From assembly GCA_044892505.1 (NCBI GenBank), contig CM097884.1:29636001-29700000 (forward strand): a DNA stretch of 64,000 nucleotides, read 5' to 3'. Position numbers and translations under genes: made by a program. Within the stretch, counting starts at the first letter, position 1, and every line of letters starts with the position of its first letter. This stretch comes from Schmidtea nova (Eukaryota). Shown one piece after another: positions 10,407 to 21,200 of this stretch. Below the pieces are notes generated by a model that did no database searches, had not been told where the DNA came from, and saw nothing but the letters and a program-made list of their open reading frames with translations.

Positions 10407-11938
10407 CAGGCCCGGCCCAAGGGCCAGGCGACCTAGGCCATAGCCTAGGGCGCCTTTTTTTTAGAGGGCGCCAAAATTTATTATAAACAATCAAAGAAAA
10501 TTATAAAATAAGCCTCCAAAACTTTATATTTTGAAATTTATCTATGAAACCAACCGTTTTAAAAAAATTTGAAAATAAGAAAAAACAAAAAAAAAAGTAC
10601 ATGCAAAATATACGAATTTCCAATTCTGAGAAATTCTGATATGTATTGAAATAAAAAAAATTTATATGTATTAGAAAAACTGATGTGCGAGTTAAATTAA
10701 CAGCTATAGCTACCAGTTTTTTTTAACAATTTTTTTGTTTCAAGTGTGTAACTAATGTGTTGTTGCAGTTTGTTCAAATTAAATTTGTATTTCTATTCTG
10801 TTTTAAAAATATAAATATATAAGAGGTAAGGTAAGATTAAGATCATTTTTTAAAAATATGTTGGAAAATATATTTATATAAATTTATGCAATAGCTAAGA
10901 TGCCACCAAAAAAATTGAGTGGGTATGAATATCGGAAACGAAAAATAAATAGACAACAACAAGCTGATAAGCACGATAAAATATTGAAATATTTTAAATC
11001 CAGTAAATCAGTAGCCGATGATAATCAACATTTCGAGTCAACATCTTCAAGCTCAGAGGACGATATAGGTAATGTGTCATCAGAAGCTGAAACTTGTAAT
11101 ATTATCAATGAGGATAATTTAATGTCTTCTCACGGAACTGAAATAATTGTTCCTAGTGATTCAACTCATTCTGTATTTGAAAATATTTTAAATTGTAATG
11201 ATATTGGGCTACGGCCACAAAATTTAAAACATACGGAAATTGGCCATATAGTTGTAACTGACTTATATGGAAAGAAGAAAGATGTAATCAACAACATATT
11301 TATCCAAGAGATGAAAATAATGGAAGCTTTTCCAATTCGCTTTTTTATCTTCAAATAAATAATGGTGAAAAATTCCTAAGAAAATGGTTGCACTATTCAG
11401 AATCCAAAAATTCTGTATTTTGTGCGAGGAAATCGAATCATTGAAGCAATTGGTACCAGATGATGTTAAAGATCCTTTAATATGTTTACAATTTATCAAT
11501 GATAATAATTTGAAAAGTACAGTACCAAATCTGTGGGTGGCTTTACGAATCCTCGTAACAATTCCTGTTAGTGTTGCGAGTGGTGAAAGAAGTTTTAGTA
11601 AATTAAAACTAATAAAAACTTATTTGCGATCTACTATGACGGAAGATAGGTTGAATAATTTGGCCATTATTTCAATTGAAAATAATGTTGTAGCAAACCT
11701 AAATTTGGAGGCAGCAATAGAAAAATTTGCAGACATGAAAGCCAGGAAAAAATCATTCTTATAAATTCTGTTTTTTTTATATATATGTAAATCAATCGAA
11801 AAAAATGAAATGAAGTAATAAATAGATTGTTTTTTGTTAATCTTTTTTATTTTATCATAATTTTTGTACCTAATTTTTAAAATAGGGCGCTTTTTATAAT
11901 TTTCGCCTGGGGCGTATAATTATCTCGAACCGGCGCTG
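10407..11938 (+). mobile_element. Internally deleted hAT transposon (1532 bp)
   Basis: Termini CAGGCCCGG / CCGGCGCTG. 8-bp TSD AACATTAT at 10399-10406 and 11939-11946. Carries transposase N- and C-terminal fragments. Confidence 0.85.
10900..11764 (+). pseudogene. hAT transposase remnant (N-terminus fused to C-terminal dimerisation domain; catalytic core missing)
   Basis: MPPKKLSGYEYRKRK start, then PNLWVALRILVTIPVSVASGERSFSKLKLIKTYLRSTMTEDRLNNLAIISIE, the typical hAT dimerisation motif. Confidence 0.8.
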
Positions 11939-12462
11939 AACATTATAATACTTGGTAATATAATAACAATCACTAAAACACGTTTATATTTTGTTAAAGT
12001 GTAATCCGCTACAAAACTAACAACTTTTTAATTGAAACGGCACTCGATTGCCGTTATAAGATAAATTTGGCCCTTCATAATATTTAGTTGAATACCCATG
12101 CTATAGAAGATTGGGAAAGTGGTCGGTGTACTTGCCCAAATTATTTAACAAAATACATGTGCAAACATGTAATAGGTTTAGCTATTAGACTTAAATATGG
12201 GAAACCTCCACCAGCAGCTAAACAGATACCGATTGGGATGAAAAGATAAAGAGGGAGGCCAAAGTTGGCAACTAAGGCGCTAATAATTGATTAAAACAAT
12301 GCATTTTAATAAATTAATAAAAATGTATATTAATTAATTAATAAAATTTGTTATATAATTATTAATAATGTGTTTTCATTTATTTTTTAAATTCTACTTA
12401 ATTTCATTAAACAATTGTTCAAAAGGCAAAAATGCTTGTATGAGTACCACAGTCGAATTTTT

Positions 12463-12603
12463 ATTCTGACCGTTTATTATTTTTATTCTGACCTTTTATT
12501 ATTTTTATCTGACCATTTAATATTTATTCTGACCATGGTATTAATAAAATTCTGACCAAGATTTGATTTTTATTCTTACCAAAACTTGATTTAAATTCTG
12601 ACC
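12463..12603 (-). repeat. Right sub-terminal array of MULE: about 7 x ATTCTGACC (reverse complement of the left motif)
   Basis: Five exact and two variant copies in inverted orientation to the left array. Confidence 0.85.
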
Positions 12604-12771
12604 ATTTAATTATAAGTGTAATAACCCAACAAACGTATCGAATTATGTATATCTTGCATTCACTATTAAGAATAACCCAATAAAAACAGGGTAAAAGTCA
12701 AATTTTACAAGAAACTTTGTCCGAACTTCTTGAATATGAAATTATAATTAAAGTGGGTGTATTAATAAGCA

Positions 12772-12776
<5 letters not shown>

Positions 12777-12850
<74 letters not shown>
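12777..12850. repeat. (TA)37 microsatellite
   Basis: Perfect TA dinucleotide run. Confidence 0.95.
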
Positions 12851-12854
<4 letters not shown>

Positions 12855-13466
12855 ATCATTTCTCCTTTTATAAATAATACATTGTTTTAAAATTTGTTTT
12901 CATCTAAATAAATTAATTATTTGATTAGATTTTTTGAATTACTAAGCGATGCAATGCAGCAAATGCATAATGAATAAATTGGATATAGTATTTGAACAAT
13001 GAAGATTTTGTAAACGCGGTTTCGATTTAAACTAATGACATTTTATAGACATTCATTTCTCTCTATCACACACATACACATAAATCAATCATCTCACGGA
13101 GGCACACGCACACACAGAATGCAGCAAATGAAAATATTCATAGCAATTAACAATCGATTGAATCATGCGTGTGTATTTTTGATCAAAATGACAATAGAAA
13201 GTAATTTATTGAGTAGGCCAAAAATTGAAGATGCACAACAAAAATAACAATAAACTTTGCTTAACACACTTTGTTAGCATAAAACCTAATTTCACATATC
13301 GTTTTGATCATTTAATTATAAAATTACTAATTCAATTATTTGAAACTTTGGATTTTTAATATTTTATATCAATTACGATTTTTCCAAGGTTAGAGAATTT
13401 TTTGAAGTTATCCATAATTATAATTATTTAAAAATAAAGAGTGTTAAACTGAGTTTATTTGCAAAA

Positions 13467-15204
13467 ATGGCTCTCGAGGACCCTCAAATCCGATTGGATT
13501 TTATTCAAGTAGTTAATTATAAAATTTGTTAGAAGTAAAATATTGGTTTCGTTTCAGTCAACAATTCAATCCATACCGTTTTCATCCTGCCACAGTGCCT
13601 TAATTTTAGAAAATAATAGACAAGCAACATTGAAAGCCGAATTAGAGGAAATTGAAAATTTCATTAAAACAACTGTATATATATATTTATTTATTTATTT
13701 AATTATTATTCTCTCACTATTAGAACGAGGCAAACTTATTAAACAGCGTTGGTGAAGTTGAAAAATTAAAAGTGGAAAAATAATGTTAAAAATTGCAAAA
13801 TTAGTTAATATTTTCTAATATTCAGGAAGAAATCAGTGCCAATCAAGAAGCTCTTGAATTTTATGATTCAATTTCATCTTTAGAAGAATTATTTTCCGTA
13901 AGTTTTCAATAAAAAATGACAGGAAATATTTCACAATAATTACAGCAAGTTACCACTCAAATAGCAGATCGGGCTCTGAAAGATTCTTTGATATCTACAA
14001 CAAAAGATTTCGAGTCCGATGTAAAAATATTTTCATTTAACATTAAAAAATAGTTTTTATAACTGCTTGATCTTCAGGTATCAGTCCCAAAAGTTAAACA
14101 ATGTTGGAATAGAATTCTTCACTACTCAGAATTGACATCTATTCACACAAAAGATGCTGCAGATTATCATCAAGTAATTCTTTTTTATTTCACATGCCAG
14201 TTCCTTTAAAATCATTTCATAATAAAAAAGACGACACTAGTTAACATCATAAGAAATTTTTAAAAAAATTTTATTATTAAAAATTTGACCCTTTCATGTT
14301 TAGTTTCTCCTAAAATATCAATTTCATTTATAAAAATTGTTTGATAATTTTTTTTATTAAATTTAAAAACTCAGTACAAAACTGCAACAGACAAATAATA
14401 ACAAAAATTTATAGTTCAAAGAAATCAAAACTTTTCTCTTTCTCACTTATTTCATCAACGTTGACAAAGGCATAAAGTACATTTTACCTTCATGCTGCAT
14501 CCAAGAGTTTGAAAAGTTTAAACTAACTCTTCATGACTTGAAGTGCTTTTATTTGTTGAAAATTTTTCTCTAGCTTTTTTGAACGATCTTCATGCAACCT
14601 TATTCTTGGCATTAATTAATTAATTAATAATGATAATAACTATAATTATAATTATAATTTAAATTAATATAGTTCTACCATGAATGCTCCGAAATTCGGC
14701 GATTGATTGAAAGGAGATGGCAATTGACAACCAAATTACTAAATCAACTAAATCTCAAAGGTGTCATGAAGGATGCTAAAGACATTATAAAAATCACAAA
14801 AGTATGAGCCTTAGTACGATTTTATGTTATCAATGCTTCCTATTAAAGGGAACGACGAATGAGCTTCATAGTTTGGCTGATCAAATAGCAAATCTTAAAC
14901 GACGATCAGCAAGCATTGTCCCAATTTACCTACGCACAAGTTCAATTGCCGAACAAGGCAGAAAAGCTTTTTTATTGGCGGATTTTAAAATTGGAGATTT
15001 ACAATTGAAAAAATCTGAACATGTAACCGTTTTGGACAATTGGGGAAAAGATGGATCAATCAGTAGCGATTCTAATATTTCAGGCTCAATTCCGAGTAGA
15101 ATCAATTGGTTGGTTGAAACTAAAAACGGAGATAAATTACTTATTCCATCGATTGCTCTTTGGATTCCAGGACCAGATTCAGAAACAAGTCTAGTATTGA
15201 ATGA
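13467..15204 (+). CDS. Plakin-domain exons 1-8 (spectrin repeats and SH3 insertion)
   Basis: Spliced product contains WNRILHYSELTSIHTKDAADYHQ|FYHECSE, resembling the plakin W..IL......HLKEN.AY.QFF.EA pattern. It also contains LADFKIGDLQLKKSEHVTVLDN...WLVETKNGDKLLIPSIALWIPGPDSE, resembling the plakin SH3 ALCDYK...VLEDN..W.V....VPSVC..IPPP. Six introns are 47-57 nt and one is about 500 nt. Confidence 0.8.
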
Positions 15205-18200
15205 GTAAGATATATTTTTTATTTTATCGCTGTTAGATAAATCAATGTCGTTCATATAGCTTGCTGAGATGGGAAATAAATATTTTTTTTTATTCAAATC
15301 AAAATAAATTTAGAAAAAATAGGAATAATGATAACAAAAACAATATCTATAATTCTAAAATTTTATAACTATATTTTTATTAGAAAATACATTATCAAAA
15401 ATGATAGTAAAAATAGTGACGAATATTATTATCTGGAAGGTAATTCGGCCTCAAAAGGCCGTGTGCGCTGCACACCTGCACACACATATCATCGGCTCTG
15501 AGAAAAGTTGACAATATAAATTTTGAAATTAACAACTAATCTACCATTGTTCAATATAAACTAGAGTACAATTAATATATTTTACAGCATATTCAATACT
15601 CATATTTACTGACAAATTGTAAGTGACTGTGGCTTTTCATTTTTAATAAAAATATAAAGTCAACAATTAATGTCGATTTGTCTGATAACAGAGATATTTA
15701 CGATATATATATTGTAATGCTTTAAATCAAACAATGAGATGACATTATTATTTTAAGACATTTTATTATTCATATGAATAATTTTCATAAATTTTTTTTG
15801 GGATTTTTGGTTGTCAAGTACACGATATTTTGGCACGGCTTTTATCAAGTGTGTATATCAAATCACACATGATAAAGGATGTGCCGGAATATCGTGTACT
15901 TAACAATCATAAAACCACACCCCCCCCCAAAAAACTTTGATCTATAATCATACAATAATAAAAATTATTGATATAAATAAAAAGAGGTCAAAGATGAAAC
16001 TTAAACATTATTATGGTTTTTATTATTCATCATTCAACTTTTTTACATTTTATTCTTTTGCTTATCTCCAAATGACATTTGATCAATTAATTTTAATTAA
16101 ACTTAGAACACAAATTTAAAATATTGACTCATTGTCATCTGTCAAAAATTAACAATATTAGGAAATAAATAATGAAGAGATAAAAGCTGTAAAAAATTAC
16201 ATTTGAGAAATGTTGAATTATTCAAATTTTTATTTAAATTTTTAAAATTAAAATTTTATTAATAATAATAATTATTAGAATTTAGAATTTGGCCCCATAA
16301 GTAAAACTTTGGGAACCTCTGGTTTAGATGGTGCTATCGCTGAATATGGACTTAAGAACTAACCTAATGGCTAGGGTAAATCGATACATTTTTAATTAGC
16401 TGGAACTGTATACAAAGTGTGTCAAGTCCCATAAGAGTTGGAGAATATAATGAATGAAGTATTTTACAAAGAGATCTAAAAATAAACAAATTATTCGTAT
16501 TTTAACCCTTTCAAAGGCAAAGGAAACTAAAAGTGATGTAAAACTCAAAGTTTATTAATAATAATTATATAGTTACAAATGATCATAAGAAAATAAAAAC
16601 ATAGAAATACTATAAATGTGTTCTCTTGTGGCTCAATATATGTCAGTAGTTGTACCAAAAGTAAAAATGATTACCGACAGCGTTACACTTAGATATTTTT
16701 ATTAGTTTAAAATGGTGTACAGTATATTGCCACCACCTTAGAAAGGGTTAACTAAATATTATGAACTTAATAAAACATTGCAGAATAGTGCTAAACATGC
16801 CCTTATTATCTATCTCTTGATAGCTAAACCTGTTTCAATTGTCAGTGAGAATTGTACAAATAATCTCCAAGAGATTTGAAGTGATGACGTCATTCACTCC
16901 AACATAAAAAGACATATCTACGAAATATGATTTTAAAAAATAATTAAAATATATATTTAAACAAGGGATACCTCTAACAATTTTTAAAATATGTTTTCTA
17001 AATAATTCCTGTTTTCTAAAAAGATAACCGATTATCGGTCATATTTTGAATTTTATAATATTATATTTTCCTGATCTCAATCACAAAATTTTAATGTAGA
17101 CTACAAAATCAACTGACTGCCACCTGGGAAGAATTGATTAAAATGTTACGAGAGGTTAACATAAATTTCTTTCAACGGTTATTCGGAAAAATTTTTTCCA
17201 AATCTGAATTTACTTGCAACAATAAAGAACTTTTCTCCAAATGGATTGCCAGTTCAAAAAGTCTCATTTCAACAGAAAATTCGAGTTCTACATTGGCGAA
17301 AAATTTCTTGCGGAATTTGAAAAGACTCGAAGAGGAGTTAAAAATTTGTGAAGGTAGATAATTTTAGAAGAAATTTAAAGATAAAATGTCGGTTTAGTTT
17401 CAGAATCATACAAAGGTTATAATTTAAGACAACAAGATCTGGTTTTACTTGACGAAATTATGGTCAAATTTATGGTTTTCTTTTGAATTTTATTATTTTT
17501 ATAAATTAATCAAAATAAATAGGTAATAGAAAGAATTCGCAGACCCGTAGAAATAAAGGATATGAATGACTTGAAAGAGGAATGGCAATCGACAATGGAG
17601 TCCAATTTAAGAGTAGTGAAAGCTTTGGGAATTTTACAGTAATCTTCATTTTATTTTGACGATATAATTTATTTAACCCTTCTATATTCAAATTTATTCA
17701 ACATTTTTCTGCATATTAATACTATTTCTTATTCAATTTTTATGAATATTATAGATCAAAATATTTTTTGGATAATTCGACAAAACCTTTATCAAGTGTG
17801 CAATTATGAAATGCACACACGATAAAGGTTGTGCCTAAATATCTTCTAACTAACAACCTAAACAAATTGTAATTCATAGTCATAGAATTATTGATTTTAT
17901 AAAAAGAAATCATAGGTGAAACCAAAAGATAATTATGATTATATAGATCAAATTTTTTTATAAAGTACACGAATTTTTGGAAAAGCCGTTTTCAAGTGTT
18001 CCCACAATTTATAAAATAGCTTTCAAAAAATATGAAAATTTCTGAAAAAGAAACGAAAAGATCAAAGATGAAATTCTCAATCTGTGACATAACTTCAAAA
18101 CACAAGGTTATTTTTGAATGGTTCACAAGTGATTTTTTTGTAAATTCATAATATAAGGATAAGGATTTATTTATTTATAAATTAATAAATAAATCATTTA

Positions 18201-21200
18201 AATCAATAATTTTCATATTAATAATTTTATGACTATAGGTCAAAAATTTTTTTATTGTTGTACGATATTTCGGCAGTCTTTATCAAGTGTATATTTCAAA
18301 ATGCACACTTGATAAAGGCTGTGCCAAAATTTTTGTTATCTAGTCATACAATTATTAATATGAAAATTATTTTAAATAAAGAGATCAAAGGTAAACCCAA
18401 AAAATAATTCTGATAATAAATAAATTATTTTAAAAATAGTTGTTAAAAATTATAATTTTTTTAGATTTATCTACCATTATAAATGACAGAATTGTGGTTT
18501 ATGAACCATAGTTTAATAAAAAGTACGATTATACACGCAAAATCTATATTCTAATAAATTAATTTATAAATAAATATACTTTATTATTGCCAAATTTATA
18601 AAATGATATTGAGACGAATAAATATTGCAAAATTTCATGAATTATAGGACAAAATTAAGGTTAAGAGGTGTTTGGAAGATATAAATTTGTTCATTCTTTC
18701 TAGACGAGATTAGTGGGATTCATCTTGGGGAATAATAATGAAGTTTGCAGAAATTTATTATTTACAAAGAAAATTGTTTAGTGGACTGTATAATATTACA
18801 AAGAAACCTAGAAAATATTTCCTTACAAATTTCTAAAACCGTCTTTACCATTCTTTATCTGTTTCGCATTTCATCAAATCCACTTTATTTTTTACTAATT
18901 TTAAAGTTTTAAAGAAAATTGCAAAATAAATTTTAAATAAAATTAACTATTATTATTAACTATATTTAAAATATCATACTTTACAAATTTAATTTAAACA
19001 ATTCTATAATAATAATTGCATAATAGAAAAATATTGTAAAATTTGAAATTTATTATTATTATAAAATTAAAATTAATTTAATATTTACTTTTATAGAGAA
19101 ATGCAACACAGAAATCAAGAAGAATTGAAATTCATTTTGGAACATGTCGAAATGTGGAAACAAGGAACTCTAAATGCATCAACTATGAAAGAGTTGCAAA
19201 AATTGAGACATGAATCACATTCACCAGAATTCATGTTTTCAATTGATACAAGGGATTACTGTCGATCTTCTTCCTCTTCATCATCTAGGAATGATGACTT
19301 CACTGAGTATCAAAATAAATTTAGTGAAACGAGACTTTACTGCGATTTTGAGGCTAACAATTACAATTCCTTCGATAAAATGTATAATGAAATGTTTGTA
19401 TCAACCGCTGACATTGAGAAAAATATGGAGTTGGAACCGTATATCAAGAAGTCAGATGAGGTGCAGTTGTACAAGTCAAGAAAGAAATTACAGCTAAAGC
19501 CATTTTGGGATGGAAGTAATCTAAAAATCACCTATTTTGAAGTTTCACCCCTAATTGATGGCTACTCTTCATCTGAAGATGAAAAAATGGAAGTAACTAA
19601 GGAAAGTACACAGCTTGAATGTTTCCCGGAAAATGAAGGAGATCAAATTCCTTTGGATACTAATATCGAACACAAGTATGAATTGGGGTATTTAAGTGTT
19701 TTAGATCAAGTAAAATTGCGTGGTCAAGAATTATCTTCAAAATCTCACGTCGAAATCAAACAAGAACTAGAAAGCAAACCATTGAGAGATTTAGTTCAAA
19801 CAAGTTTTGAAAGAGGTGAATTGCCGGTATTATTGAAAGAAATATATTCTTTTCTATCGAGAGCTACAACAGGAAGTCAGACAGAAAGATTAAGAAATAT
19901 TGAAACTATTACAATTAAAGATTTTGTTGAAGAAACTTACCAAAGAAGTGAGATCCCTGTTCTAATGAGAGAAATCAATTCTCTTTTATCCAAAGTCTCT
20001 CAGTCAAGTCAAGCAGATTTAGTTGAACGCACCATGAGCATTTCCATAAAAGAATTTGTGAAAGAAACTAACGAAAGAAATGAAATGCAAATTTTATTAA
20101 AAGAAATTAATTCGATTTTGACAAGATCTACAACTGGAATTCAAACCGAGAGAATAAGAAAAATAGAAACGTATTCTATAAAGGATTTCGTCAGAGAAAC
20201 TAAAGATCGAAACGAAATGGAAATATTGTTGAACGAAATATTTTCAAGTTTAACAAGAATTTCAACTGGAGTTCAGACTGAAAGAATTAGAAAAATAGAA
20301 ACATTGACCATAAAGGATTTTGTCAGTGAAACTAAAAATAGAAATGAAATGGAAATTTTATTAACTGAAATAAACTCAAATTTAACAAGAACGACACAAG
20401 GGATACAGACGGATAGAATAAGGAAAATTGAAACAATTTCTATTAAGGATTTTATCAAAGAGACAATTGAAAGAAATGAAATGCCAATTTTACTTACAGA
20501 AGTCAATAGCAGTTTATTGAAGTCCACGAAAATGATTCAAACGGATAGAATAAGGCAGATAGAAACTGTTTCAATTAAAGACTTAGTTACTGAAACAATA
20601 GAAAGAAATGAAATTCCTATGCTAATAAATGAAATAAATTCAAAAGTGATTCGATTAACTAAATTAACGCAAACAGAAGAAAGAAGACCCATAACATTCG
20701 CCGAGGTAAGAAATATCATAAGAAAAACAACGGGAAATATTACAACAGAAGATGTTAGAAATGAAATATTGAATACTCTAGCAGATCTAGAAAGTAGTTA
20801 CGAAATAAAAGAAAGTAAGGAAGAGTTGATACAAAGAATAATTAACTATGGAATGGAAAAAGAAATTCTAGAAGAGTTAAATAAAAATGATTCAAAAAAT
20901 TATGTGAAAAATTTAAAAGAAATAGAATTAATTGAGAATCGAACAAGCATCGAAATGCACGAGAGAATTCGATTTGAAAAAATACTCACAGAATATGAAA
21001 AGGAAAAACCATTATTAAAAGACTTTGGAATTAAAAGCACTGAAAAACTACAGTATACACATAATGATAAATTGCTCTCAACTGAAGAGATGGATATACT
21101 AGAAACAGAGACCTCAAAATTATTTAAATCGTTTCAACGAAAAGAAATAAAAGTTACTAAGGAAGACAAAACACAATATCTGAATTACCATGACAAATGT

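Larger units (their letters stand above)
10231..12100. mobile_element. Non-autonomous hAT element (about 330 bp once the nested insert is removed)
   Basis: Starts CAGGGATATTCAACTGGCGGCCCGCGGGCC and ends AGTTGAATACCCATG (imperfect TIR). 8-bp TSD CTATAGAA at 10223-10230 and 12101-12108. Confidence 0.85.
8629..12294 (+). pseudogene. MULE transposase pseudogene with C-terminal SWIM zinc finger
   Basis: IHADATYKL, LISDASNAI, MCWGHM and TNNALESFN motifs; in-frame stop at 9839-9841. The reading YLPIE (to 10230) resumes after the hAT insertion as DWESGRCTCP...MCKHV (CxC..CxH, SWIM). Confidence 0.8.
8233..12618 (+). mobile_element. Mutator-like (MULE) DNA transposon, interrupted by nested hAT elements
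   Basis: Flanked by the 9-bp direct repeat TAATAACCC (8224-8232, 12619-12627). Inverted arrays of GGTCAGAAT (left) and ATTCTGACC (right). MULE transposase motifs inside. Confidence 0.8.

Noticed and set aside
14330-14610. Possible minus-strand transposase fragment in the 500-nt intron
   Set aside because: Only a weak RSFKK-like resemblance with stops and frameshifts; family not assignable.
16291-16321. hAT/Charlie-like right end (AAAACTTTGGGAACCTCTG)
   Set aside because: No corresponding left end or TSD found.
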